Origin: Erysipelothrix inopinata
Lineage (GTDB): Bacteria; Bacillota_I; Bacilli_A; Erysipelotrichales; Erysipelotrichaceae
NCBI RefSeq assembly: GCF_014396165.1
Contig: NZ_CP060715.1
Coordinates: 1,770,001-1,802,000, forward strand
Length of the DNA stretch: 32,000 nt
Reading direction: 5' to 3'
Shown here one piece after another: positions 17,986-26,953 of this stretch (position 1 is the first letter of the stretch; every line of letters starts with the position of its first letter). The translations under genes were made by a program, and so were the position numbers. Below the pieces are notes generated by a model. It did not search any database. It was not told the DNA's origin and saw only the letters and a program-made list of their open reading frames with translations.

Positions 17986-20862
17986 TTAATGTTTATTTTC
18001 GTAACTATCTTTTTTCTTTTTAATCATCTCAAGAAGGACAACCATTCCTCCGAGTGCTGCAACCGCCATTGGAAGTGAGTTTTCCGCCACACCCGTTTCC
18101 GGAAGTTTTTCTACAGGTTCAGGTTTAACTTCTGGTTTTGGGGTTTCGGGTTCTGTTACTTCGGGTTCTGGTTTAACTTCTGGATCTATGGATTTTTCAT
18201 TCCATTTTGCAAAGAGAGTAATATCAGAATTAACAACATCAACAGTAAAATTCCATTGAGTTAAGAATGTTGAATCGCTATACCAACCTGCGAACGTAAA
18301 TCCTTCGCGTTGTGTGATTGGTTCAATTAACAATGTTCCAGCACTTACCTTAAACAAATCATCGACCTCTGTTCCACCATTTTCCTCAAAAGTCACTGTA
18401 TAAGTCACAGGGATTGCTTCCCATTTAGCATAGAGTGTCACATCTGATTCAACGAGATCAACTGCAAAGTTCCATACAGTTGTGAAACTAGCATCTCGAT
18501 ACCAACCTTTAAATGTATAACCCGCTTTTGTAGTTGTAGGTTCTGTTAGTTTCGTTCCTGTTTCTACTTCTGTAAGATTCGCAACCTCAGTTCCGCCATT
18601 TTCTTCATAAGTAACTGTGTACGACACAGGAATTGCTTCCCATTTCGCATAAAGTGTCACATCCGATTCAACAAGATCAATATCAAAGTTCCATACAGTT
18701 GTGAAACCTGTATCTCGGTACCAACCTTTAAATACGTAGCCCACTTTCGTAGTTGTAGGTTCTGTTAGTTTCGTTCCTGATTCTACTTCTGTAAGATCCG
18801 CAACCTCAGTTCCGCCATTTTCTTCATAAGTAACTGTGTACGACACAGGAATTGCTTCCCATTTCGCATAGAGTGTTACATCCGATTCAACAAGATCAAT
18901 ATCAAAGTTCCATACAGTTGTGAAACCTGTATCTCGGTACCAACCTTTAAATACGTAGCCCACTTTCGTAGTTGTAGGTTCTGTTAGTTTCGTTCCTGAT
19001 TCTACTTCTGTAAGATCCGCAACTTCTGTTCCACCATTTTCTTCATATGTTACAGTGTATTTCTCATCAGTTGCTTCCCATTGAGCATATAGCGTTAGGT
19101 TTCTGGTAATTGGCATATCAAAATTAAAATCAATCATGAAATCATCATTATCAAAGTACCAGCCCATAAATTTGTAACCGGGTTTTACTGGATTGCCTTG
19201 ATCAGCAATTAGTGAACCATTCTTTATATTAAGTATCGGGTCAATTGACGAACCACCATTCGTATCAAAATCAACTCTATGGAAGATTTCCAATTCCCCG
19301 ACATCTACCAACACTTGATAACTAAAATATGTATTGAAATTATCTTCTGGAATTGCTCCATTTTCATCTACAGCACCATCGGGTATGTCGTAGTCCATAG
19401 AACCCGAAAGAACTTTTGTTGGTGAATTCATGGTATTCATTTCATAATCAGGATCATTACTTCGACGAATCATGTCTGCCATCTGTGCTTCACTTAGTAA
19501 GATTTCATAGCGTGTAAAGAACTCTGGAGCATCAATATCATCAGAAAACCCTTCTATTAAATTTCCATCTCTGTCTAAGTATCTAACTATAAGGGGTTTA
19601 TCTAGTTCGTCGTAATAATCATCTGGATAATCATCATAACTTCCAAAGTCATAACTTGAATACACAGCATTTTTCATATATTTACTTTCAGAGTCGACCA
19701 CTAGTTTATTTTGACTATTTAAGTATGTAACCATAAACGGATTATCAAATACAATTTTGTAGTAAACTTTCTCATCGACTATCTCAACTTCAGGTTTTTC
19801 AAAAAATGTTGTACCAATTTCTCCAGATTGCATTTCAAATGAAAACGATTCAGAACGTTGATTCAACTGGGTTAAAAAACTCATATCAACGAACTTTAGA
19901 GAGTAATCAAAATGTATTTGCACTTGATTTTCCCATCCACTTAAAACTGGATTGAAAGATAGAGCCAACAAAACTTTAATGACTTCATCTTCAAAAATTT
20001 TGACATTTTCTTTACTTGATAATGTTTTTGAAATGTACCAATCTTGGTCAAAATAATCTGCATTCATTACATCTTCCGGCAATTTTGCTTCAAAAACAAC
20101 TTCATAAATATTTGTCATTTTAGCTAATCCTTGTAGCTCCTCATTAGTGATTGGTGTATTAGGATCAATTCTCACAGTTAATTTATTTACATTTTTAAAG
20201 TATTCAATACCTGTGTAATCACGAATTTCTCGATACTCGAATTTAGAGGTATCTTTATCTTCGAAAATATAAGGCGTTTCAAAATCATAAACGAAATTCA
20301 AATCATCTTCACTGAATGGCAATTCATATCCTTTTGCATCAATCATATACTGCACTAAATCATCCGAAATGAGTGAAGTGTCAAATTCCTTCTCCCAATA
20401 TGCATAGAAAGTTTTATTTTCTGTAATGCGGCCTGATTGACTAATCTCAACTTTATATTCTTCATCCGCATACCACCCTTTAAAAATAAATCCTTCTTTT
20501 TTAGGTTCGGGATATGAAGAAAAAGCTTGCGAAGGATAGCTACCTTCATCTACTTCGTACACTGTTTTATCCATGGTTCCACCCATTGGATCAAAAGTTA
20601 CAATTACTATAGCGTTATCTTCAAGCTGATCGAATTCGTTTTCTGAAATTTCAAGTTCGAGAATTTCTTTATCCTCAACAGGTTCCTTAGCCTCTTCGAT
20701 TGATAAAGGTTCATCTTTATTATCTAAGGACTCAGCGTTTGTGTTAGAATTTGCAGTTGGTTCATCTAATAATGGTGACTCTTCTGCATTAATAAGAGCA
20801 TAGTTACTAAACGAAAACAAAAGCAAACTCATAGATACTGTAATACTTATTGTTTTTTTCAT
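17986..20862 (-). CDS. LPXTG-anchored cell-wall surface protein with six Listeria-Bacteroides-type (InlB B-repeat/Flg_new-like) repeats
   Basis: Signal peptide MKKTISITVSMSLLLFSFSNYALINA. Repeats follow the pattern YTVTYEENGGTEV...G.KL.EP....GY.FKGWY.D..F...WNF....V.SDVTLYAKWE. A P/E/K-rich stalk leads to LPETG (18091-18105), a hydrophobic segment and a KKKK tail. The start is ATG 20862, 6 nt after AAGGAG. Confidence 0.9.
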   Translation of the reverse strand: MKKTISITVSMSLLLFSFSNYALINAEESPLLDEPTANSNTNAESLDNKDEPLSIEEAKEPVEDKEILELEISENEFDQLEDNAIVIVTFDPMGGTMDKTVYEVDEGSYPSQAFSSYPEPKKEGFIFKGWYADEEYKVEISQSGRITENKTFYAYWEKEFDTSLISDDLVQYMIDAKGYELPFSEDDLNFVYDFETPYIFEDKDTSKFEYREIRDYTGIEYFKNVNKLTVRIDPNTPITNEELQGLAKMTNIYEVVFEAKLPEDVMNADYFDQDWYISKTLSSKENVKIFEDEVIKVLLALSFNPVLSGWENQVQIHFDYSLKFVDMSFLTQLNQRSESFSFEMQSGEIGTTFFEKPEVEIVDEKVYYKIVFDNPFMVTYLNSQNKLVVDSESKYMKNAVYSSYDFGSYDDYPDDYYDELDKPLIVRYLDRDGNLIEGFSDDIDAPEFFTRYEILLSEAQMADMIRRSNDPDYEMNTMNSPTKVLSGSMDYDIPDGAVDENGAIPEDNFNTYFSYQVLVDVGELEIFHRVDFDTNGGSSIDPILNIKNGSLIADQGNPVKPGYKFMGWYFDNDDFMIDFNFDMPITRNLTLYAQWEATDEKYTVTYEENGGTEVADLTEVESGTKLTEPTTTKVGYVFKGWYRDTGFTTVWNFDIDLVESDVTLYAKWEAIPVSYTVTYEENGGTEVADLTEVESGTKLTEPTTTKVGYVFKGWYRDTGFTTVWNFDIDLVESDVTLYAKWEAIPVSYTVTYEENGGTEVANLTEVETGTKLTEPTTTKAGYTFKGWYRDASFTTVWNFAVDLVESDVTLYAKWEAIPVTYTVTFEENGGTEVDDLFKVSAGTLLIEPITQREGFTFAGWYSDSTFLTQWNFTVDVVNSDITLFAKWNEKSIDPEVKPEPEVTEPETPKPEVKPEPVEKLPETGVAENSLPMAVAALGGMVVLLEMIKKKKDSYENKH
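18403..19059 (-). repeat. three tandem, nearly identical 219-bp (73-codon) coding repeats
   Basis: Units are 19059-18841, 18840-18622 and 18621-18403. The first two encode identical peptides and differ at only a few nucleotides. More diverged copies lie at 19278-19060, 18402-18184 and 20607-20386. Confidence 0.9.
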
Positions 20863-20888
20863 ACTTTTCTCCTTATTCATTACTATAA

Positions 20889-20894
20889 ATTATA
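20889..20894 (-). promoter_or_regulatory. possible -10 box for the surface protein gene
   Basis: The minus strand has TATAAT 27 nt upstream of the ATG, between the phoU terminator and the gene. No convincing -35. Confidence 0.3.
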
Positions 20895-20980
20895 GATGTA
20901 TTAATCTTTAACAATGTGATAGAACAACGAAAGTTAAAACAAAAAAGTGCATTTTGATCCATGTTGGAATACTATCTCAT

Positions 20981-21007
20981 AAAAAAACGCCACAATCGTG
21001 ACGTTTA
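20981..21007 (-). terminator. rho-independent terminator after phoU
   Basis: Minus strand: AACGUCAC-GAUU-GUGGCGUU (one G-U pair) followed by UUUUUUU. Confidence 0.7.
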
Positions 21008-21010
21008 ATC

Positions 21011-21643
21011 TTACCCAAAATCAATGTGTTGACCCTTTACAATATAAATCACCTGTTCACAGATATTTTTCGAATGGTCCCCTGCTCGTTCAATATTTCT
21101 TAAAATGCCCGTTGTGGCAAGTGGGAAACGATGTGCTGCATCAGTATCATCAGCGAACCGATTCATAATACGTTTGAATGCATCATCAAGACGATCATCA
21201 AGTTCTGCAGCAATATAAGCTTGCTTCACATCTTGACTCTTTAAGACACCTACAACAGCGTCAAAGTTCTCTAAGAAGAGATTTCCGATTTCCTCAATCT
21301 CTTCATCATAAGGTGTTTCAAGATAATCATTTTTGATAACAAAACGACCAATGTTTTTTGAATAATCACCGATACGTTCTAAGTCTGAAGCAATTTTTAT
21401 GCCACCTATTAACCAACGCAAATCTTTCGCAACAGGTTGCATTAGCGAGAGAATTTCAACCGCACTGTCATTGATACTCTCATCAGCATAGTTAATGTGA
21501 TCATCACGTTCAATAACTTCTAATGCTAACTCTTTATCACCTGAAATTAATGCTTTAATAGCCATGTCCATTGATTTACGAACACGATTCGCCATATCCA
21601 AGATTTCTTCTTGGTATTCTTCCATTCTTTCTTCGATTCTCAT
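21011..21643 (-). CDS. phoU: phosphate signalling complex protein PhoU
   Basis: Two PhoU repeats (ASDLERIGDYSKNI and RNIERAGDHSKNI). It follows pstB. Confidence 0.95.
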   Translation of the reverse strand: MRIEERMEEYQEEILDMANRVRKSMDMAIKALISGDKELALEVIERDDHINYADESINDSAVEILSLMQPVAKDLRWLIGGIKIASDLERIGDYSKNIGRFVIKNDYLETPYDEEIEEIGNLFLENFDAVVGVLKSQDVKQAYIAAELDDRLDDAFKRIMNRFADDTDAAHRFPLATTGILRNIERAGDHSKNICEQVIYIVKGQHIDFG

Positions 21644-21654
21644 AGAGTTCCTCC

Positions 21655-22407
21655 TTATCCGAAACGACCTGTAATATAATCTTCGGTTCGTTTATCTTTT
21701 GGTGTGTGGAATAGTTTTTTGGTTTCTTCATACTCAATAACTTCACCCAGCAAGAAGAATGCTGTCATATCAGAGATACGTGCTGCTTGTTGCATGGAGT
21801 GAGTAACGATAACGATTGTGAAGTCCTTTTTCAATTCCACAATTAATTCTTCAATTTTAGCGGTAGCGATTGGATCCAATGCTGAAGTAGGTTCATCCAT
21901 CAAAATTACTTCCGGTTTAAGAGCAATGGCACGCGCAATACAGAGACGTTGTTGTTGTCCACCAGATAGGCGTAATGCAGAAGCATTCAAACGGTCTTTC
22001 ACTTCTTCATAAAGTGCAGCTTTTTGAAGCGACTCTTTCACAACCTCATCTAAAATCTTCTTATCTTTAACACCTTGACAACGTAGGCCATAAGCAACGT
22101 TATCATAAATACTCATTGGGAATGGGTTTGGTTGTTGAAAAACCATTCCGACGTTTGTTCTTAGTTCTACAACATCAGTTTTACTACTATAGATGTTTGT
22201 TCCATTGAAATTGAAGGTTCCCTCAATACGACATGAAGGAATTAAATCATTCATTCGATTAAAACATCTTAGAAATGTTGATTTACCGCAACCAGATGGT
22301 CCAATAAAAGCGGTGACTTTACGATTTTTTATATTCATATTTATATTTTTTAAGGCTTGATGATCGCCATAATATAAATCTGCATTACTGACTTCAAAAC
22401 TATTCAT
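21655..22407 (-). CDS. pstB: phosphate ABC transporter ATP-binding protein
   Basis: Walker [10 protein letters not shown], signature LSGGQQQR, Walker [12 protein letters not shown]. Confidence 0.95.
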   Translation of the reverse strand: MNSFEVSNADLYYGDHQALKNINMNIKNRKVTAFIGPSGCGKSTFLRCFNRMNDLIPSCRIEGTFNFNGTNIYSSKTDVVELRTNVGMVFQQPNPFPMSIYDNVAYGLRCQGVKDKKILDEVVKESLQKAALYEEVKDRLNASALRLSGGQQQRLCIARAIALKPEVILMDEPTSALDPIATAKIEELIVELKKDFTIVIVTHSMQQAARISDMTAFFLLGEVIEYEETKKLFHTPKDKRTEDYITGRFG

Positions 22408-22408
22408 A

Positions 22409-23632
22409 TTAAGCTCCTAACTTCTTACTGAGTCGTTTGGTAAACAACTTCACTGATATATTTAATATTAACACAATTGCTAAAATAATTAACGAAATGG
22501 CAGATGCTAACTCGAAATTTGGTTGTTCTGCACTCATAACTGCCCAGATGTGAACAGCAAGCGTTGTTGCACCTTTACCAATTTGCGGAGCATCATTGAT
22601 AAATGTTCCCATCGTGTAAATAAGAGCAGCAGATTCTCCAATAACTCTACTTACCGCAAGTAGAACTGCCGATAAAATACCTGGCAATGCGGAAGGTAAG
22701 ATGATCTTGAAGATAGTTTGAGTTTGAGTAGCACCCAAAGAAAGGCTCGACATACGATAGCCTGTAGGAACAACAATCAGAGACTCTTGAACTGATCGAA
22801 TGATTACTGGCAAGAGAATAATAGCCATTGTCATTGATCCAAGTAAAATACTTAACCCGTCAATTCCCAGCATTGCTGTTATTGGGTAGAGTACAGCAAT
22901 TCCCATTAGACCAAAGATAATACTTGGGACACCTGCCAACATTTCGATGCAACGTTCAATGAGTTTATTCATCTTATTAGGAACAGCAATTTCATTTAAA
23001 TAAACAGCTGCGAAAATTCCCAATGGTAAAGCAAATAGTAGTGATAAACCAATCAACATTAACGTAGCCAGTAACGAGCCCCAGATTCCTCCTCCTGGTG
23101 TTTTAAAGTACAAGGAGTCAACATGATCCATGAAGTCTAGCTTCATCGCTAGCGACTCGGATTTATCACTGAAGATTGCACCACCAAACATAGGCGTTCC
23201 TGTTTCATTAGTTCCTTCAAGTTTTTCAACTTGATCTCCGACAGATATAGTCAATTTTTCACCGTAATTTGGTCCTTTTGACGCATTTACAGATTCATTG
23301 AAAGGCGACTTGGCATCAATATAGTCTACAACAATCAGTCTTTGTTTTTCATGACTGATGACATCTTTAAATCCAATTCCAAATTTATGACTAAAGTATA
23401 CGTCATCACCGAGTGACTCAGGTTTTTCGAATTTACCCTGAGGGGCCTCACTCCATTCAACAAGATAATTTTGTGACCAGTAATCGTTACGTAACATATC
23501 AATACTTAATGTATCTTTACCTTTTACGAATACAAAAGCAAAAATAGCAACTAAAACAATTAACGAGAAGGAAGATGCGAGATACGTAAAGAATTTCGCA
23601 ATACCGTCTTTAATTTTACGTTTTCTTGTCAT
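22409..23632 (-). CDS. pstA: phosphate ABC transporter permease PstA with an enlarged first extracytoplasmic loop
   Basis: The C-terminal two-thirds is a typical PstA permease (EAA-like [22 protein letters not shown]). About 150 aa of soluble sequence sits between TM1 and the GGIWGS...TM2 region. 407 aa in total. Confidence 0.9.
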   Translation of the reverse strand: MTRKRKIKDGIAKFFTYLASSFSLIVLVAIFAFVFVKGKDTLSIDMLRNDYWSQNYLVEWSEAPQGKFEKPESLGDDVYFSHKFGIGFKDVISHEKQRLIVVDYIDAKSPFNESVNASKGPNYGEKLTISVGDQVEKLEGTNETGTPMFGGAIFSDKSESLAMKLDFMDHVDSLYFKTPGGGIWGSLLATLMLIGLSLLFALPLGIFAAVYLNEIAVPNKMNKLIERCIEMLAGVPSIIFGLMGIAVLYPITAMLGIDGLSILLGSMTMAIILLPVIIRSVQESLIVVPTGYRMSSLSLGATQTQTIFKIILPSALPGILSAVLLAVSRVIGESAALIYTMGTFINDAPQIGKGATTLAVHIWAVMSAEQPNFELASAISLIILAIVLILNISVKLFTKRLSKKLGA

Positions 23633-24561
23633 TGTCCTTCAGCCCCCACTTTCTTCTTCAACTTATGAATAGCAAAGTTGGAAATTAGGATGGTTACCAT
23701 AAGTACAATCCCTACTGAGAATCGAACGTCATAATCGACTCCCGTTGTTTCTTTAAGCCCTGATAACATCGTAGATGTAAGTGTTCTCGTAATATCAAAG
23801 GGATTCCAAGTTGGACCCAATGATTTATTACCAGCCACCATCGATACCGCTGTGGCTTCTCCAAAAGCCCTAGCTAGTCCTAAAATAAGTCCAGCAAAGA
23901 TACCTGATTTAGCTGAAGTAAGAACAACCTTAAAGTTTGTTTGAGTTTCTGAGGCTCCTAAAGCAAGAGAACCAAGTTCTAAATTGTGGTCTACTGCTTT
24001 AATCGCAACGATGGATAATGAAGTCATTGTTGGTAAAACCATAATTGCTAACAAGATAACAACCGCAAGCATGGAACGACCACCAAATGTTGTGTAATTA
24101 AACGTTGCCGCAAGGCCATCAACCCATGAAACGATAATCCCAGATGCAAATACCCCGTAAACAACCGATGGTATCGCTGCGAGCAATTCGATAACTGTCG
24201 TTAAAACTTTATCCAATGGTTTAGGTGCTATTTTCACAATAAATAAAGCTGTTAATGTTCCGACAGGAAATGCAATTAACATTGCAAAGAAAGCTGTTAT
24301 TAAAGTATTGATTACAATAAATAACACACCATAGATATGCTGGTCATTTCTCCAAACAAAACCGGTTAGAAATTGCCACAAATCAACTTGATCTGGACCA
24401 TAAGATGGCAAGAATACTGAAATCCCCTTTTTAACGATAAATATGAAGATAAATACAATCATGGAGGCAGCGAGAATTCCCGCTAATTTAAAAATACTTC
24501 TAAAGATTATATCAACGATTTTTTTTCGCTTCTGATAACCACTTGACCACTGTTCATTCAT
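23629..24561 (-). CDS. pstC: phosphate ABC transporter permease PstC
   Basis: Six-TM permease with ALGASETQTNFKVVLTSAKSGI. It overlaps pstA by 4 nt (ATGA). Confidence 0.95.
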   Translation of the reverse strand: MNEQWSSGYQKRKKIVDIIFRSIFKLAGILAASMIVFIFIFIVKKGISVFLPSYGPDQVDLWQFLTGFVWRNDQHIYGVLFIVINTLITAFFAMLIAFPVGTLTALFIVKIAPKPLDKVLTTVIELLAAIPSVVYGVFASGIIVSWVDGLAATFNYTTFGGRSMLAVVILLAIMVLPTMTSLSIVAIKAVDHNLELGSLALGASETQTNFKVVLTSAKSGIFAGLILGLARAFGEATAVSMVAGNKSLGPTWNPFDITRTLTSTMLSGLKETTGVDYDVRFSVGIVLMVTILISNFAIHKLKKKVGAEGQ

Positions 24562-24586
24562 AAACTTAATCCTTTCTTCATGCGAA

Positions 24587-24608
24587 AAGCTTAGCGTATG
24601 CTAAGCTT
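24587..24608 (-). other. perfect 9-bp stem-loop between pstS and pstC (possible attenuator or mRNA stabiliser)
   Basis: AAGCTTAGC-GTAT-GCTAAGCTT overlaps the pstS stop. On the minus strand it is followed only by UUUCGC, so it is not a strong terminator. Confidence 0.4.
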
Positions 24609-25518
24609 ACTTGACGTCACTCCAGTTTTTTGCTGTTCCGCCAAATATTTCTACGAGTTGTTTTGCTGTAAAGTTTGTAAAATCTTTGTTGTCTTTATGA
24701 ACAACAACGACTACTGCATCTTGAGCATAAACTCCTGTAGCCATTCCTTCGCTTACTTTTTCATCATCTTTGAAACTACGTGATGCAAATCCAATGTCGA
24801 TACTGTTTGCACCTTCTTTTTCAGATCCGATTGTACGCTTTGCGCCATCCCCAGAACCTGTATGATTGGGTTCCCATTTGAAGTTACCAGCAAGAGGAAT
24901 AAATTGTTCGACTGCAGCTTTTAGAGTTTTCTCTACTGAAGTAGATCCTCCTGTTTTAATTGTGATTGAAGAATTATCTTGTTCAACGATTGGATGATTT
25001 ACTTTAAGCTCTGACCAAGGTTTCCCTTTACTTGTATCAACAATTCCCCCAGCTGCTAAGACAACTTGTAATCCTTCAGTTGAGTTTGTGAGATAGTCTA
25101 GGAACGCTACGATAAGTTGTTCTTTACTATCATTACCAAAATCACCTTGTGCACGGGTAACATAGCTGAATGGACGTGCTAGTTTATAGGTTCCATTGTT
25201 TACTGTTTCAATGGTTGGTTTTACACCTTCATAAGCCATTGGTAAGATACCATTTGCTTCAAAATCAGTTGTTAATGAAACATATCCGATTCCAGCAGGA
25301 CTCGCACCAACTTGCTTAGCCATATCACCATTCGATGATGTTTCCGCACTATTGTTTGTCAGTGCTTCGAGTTTAATAATACTTTCAAATGCTTCACGTG
25401 TCCCGGATGATCCATCACGAGTATAGACCTTGATTTGTTTTGCATCCCCTGTTCCTGATTTTTGACCACAACCAACTAAAACGAAGAGTGCTAATAAGAC
25501 CGCAAATACTTTTTTCAT
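24607..25518 (-). CDS. pstS: phosphate ABC transporter substrate-binding lipoprotein PstS
   Basis: MKKVFAVLLALFVLVGCGQ contains the lipobox LVGC. DGSSGTREAF is a PstS-type phosphate-binding motif. The start at 25518 follows AAGGAGAAAACC. The longer track ORF is rejected. Confidence 0.9.
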   Translation of the reverse strand: MKKVFAVLLALFVLVGCGQKSGTGDAKQIKVYTRDGSSGTREAFESIIKLEALTNNSAETSSNGDMAKQVGASPAGIGYVSLTTDFEANGILPMAYEGVKPTIETVNNGTYKLARPFSYVTRAQGDFGNDSKEQLIVAFLDYLTNSTEGLQVVLAAGGIVDTSKGKPWSELKVNHPIVEQDNSSITIKTGGSTSVEKTLKAAVEQFIPLAGNFKWEPNHTGSGDGAKRTIGSEKEGANSIDIGFASRSFKDDEKVSEGMATGVYAQDAVVVVVHKDNKDFTNFTAKQLVEIFGGTAKNWSDVK

Positions 25519-25555
25519 GGTTTTCTCCTTTGCAGTTATCTTCATCTGCACAGGT

Positions 25556-25623
25556 ATCATACAATTCAAGTATTAATTTAAAACTAAAGAATTGTTAATT
25601 CTATGTTAATTAATTCATATTAA
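25556..25623 (-). promoter_or_regulatory. putative pstS promoter with PhoP-box-like direct repeats
   Basis: Minus strand: TTAATA (25623-25618), TTAACA (25609-25604) and TTAACA (25598-25593), the last two spaced 11 bp apart. These match the B. subtilis PhoP half-site TT(A/T/C)ACA. A -10 TATGAT lies at 25561-25556. Confidence 0.4.
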
Positions 25624-25722
25624 CGCTTATAACATCCTGTTTTTGTAAAGGTCCATACCAATTCATATTAAATACTAAGGAATCAACGTGAAATATATTA
25701 ATTTATGATAAAGTCTTAGTTA

Positions 25723-25753
25723 TAAAAAAAGACAGATGTTAAGCATCTGTCTT
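25723..25753 (-). terminator. rho-independent terminator after phoR
   Basis: Minus strand: AAGACAGAUG-CUUAA-CAUCUGUCUU followed by UUUUUU. It overlaps the phoR stop. Confidence 0.75.
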
Positions 25754-26953
25754 AAGTTCAATAATAAAGCTAGAACCCTTTTGATATTCACTTTCAACTC
25801 GGATGGAACCACCATGAGCTTCAATAATAGACTTAGAAATTGCCAATCCCAGACCACTTCCACCTTTTTCTCGGCTCCGATCACCTTCACCACGATAAAA
25901 TCTCTCAAAGATATGAGGAATCATTTCTTCTTTAATTCCCATACCATTATCCTTAAATTCAATAATTACACGATCTTTGTTATCAATTGCAGTGATTTCA
26001 ATTGTACCATCGGGCGCGTAGTTTATGGCATTGTTAATAAGATTCGTGAAGACTTGTGTCAGTCTAAATTGATCTGCATAGACAACTAAATCTTCGGGAC
26101 AATTAATAATTGTTTCAATTTTCGCATGATAAAGTGCTTGGCGTTTTTCGTAAACAATACTATCAAAGAACTGTTTCAAGTTAAATCGAGTTTTCTCAAG
26201 ATATACTTGTTTTGACTTCAGTCGCGATTGAAGTAATAAATCTTCAACCATATGTTCAAGTCGATTTGCCTCTTTCTCAATTTGAAGATTAAACTCAGTA
26301 CGTGTCTCTTCGTCATTAAAGTTTGACCGATTCATGATTTCAATCATCCCTTTAATTGAAGCAATCGGTGTTCGAAGTTCGTGTGATGCATCCGCAATAA
26401 ATCTTTTTTGCATCTTTTCCCCTTCAAGGACACGTGTAATATCTTGGAAAATCAACATGCATCCATTGTATCGATTTCCTTCTACCATTAATGGAATTGA
26501 TAATACTTGGAAATCAATACCGCGATAATTTAATTGCTTAACGAATTGACGTTCATTTAAGAACGCATCCAAGAGCGTTTGTCGTATAACCGTATCGATA
26601 TCAATATCGTAAACCGATTCAGCATCTACCTTAATTAGAGAATTAAAGTATTGATTACTGACTTCAAAGTCACCTTTTTGATTAATATAAACTAATGGTG
26701 ACGGTATCGCATTGATTAACTTAACAAGATTATCGTAAGCTTCGTCTGCCCTAACATTGGCTACTTTAGTTTCCTGTTTTGCCGTGTTCTTAATTGATTT
26801 AATATGATCTTTATTTCGATAGTGATTAAAAACCCAAATAGCAATCTGTCCAAATATTAATAGAAAAATTGTGAATGGTGTTTGAAATACCAACGCGAGT
26901 ACAGACAGAATAAAGAATATGACCATCTGTATGCTTCTATTTTCGTTTTGCAA
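25739..26953 (-). CDS. phoR: sensor histidine kinase, PhoR-like
   Basis: Two closely spaced N-terminal TM segments, H-box SHELRTPIASIKG, N-box LINNAINYA, and G-boxes DNGMGI and GGSGLGLAI. The start is TTG 26953, overlapping phoP by 17 nt. The alternative is ATG 26926. Confidence 0.85.
   Translation of the reverse strand: MQNENRSIQMVIFFILSVLALVFQTPFTIFLLIFGQIAIWVFNHYRNKDHIKSIKNTAKQETKVANVRADEAYDNLVKLINAIPSPLVYINQKGDFEVSNQYFNSLIKVDAESVYDIDIDTVIRQTLLDAFLNERQFVKQLNYRGIDFQVLSIPLMVEGNRYNGCMLIFQDITRVLEGEKMQKRFIADASHELRTPIASIKGMIEIMNRSNFNDEETRTEFNLQIEKEANRLEHMVEDLLLQSRLKSKQVYLEKTRFNLKQFFDSIVYEKRQALYHAKIETIINCPEDLVVYADQFRLTQVFTNLINNAINYAPDGTIEITAIDNKDRVIIEFKDNGMGIKEEMIPHIFERFYRGEGDRSREKGGSGLGLAISKSIIEAHGGSIRVESEYQKGSSFIIELKTDA

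Noticed and set aside
18184-19278. Regularly spaced direct repeats that could be mistaken for a CRISPR array or a satellite.
   Set aside because: The period is 219 bp with no unique spacers. The whole array stays in one long ORF and encodes a repeated protein domain.
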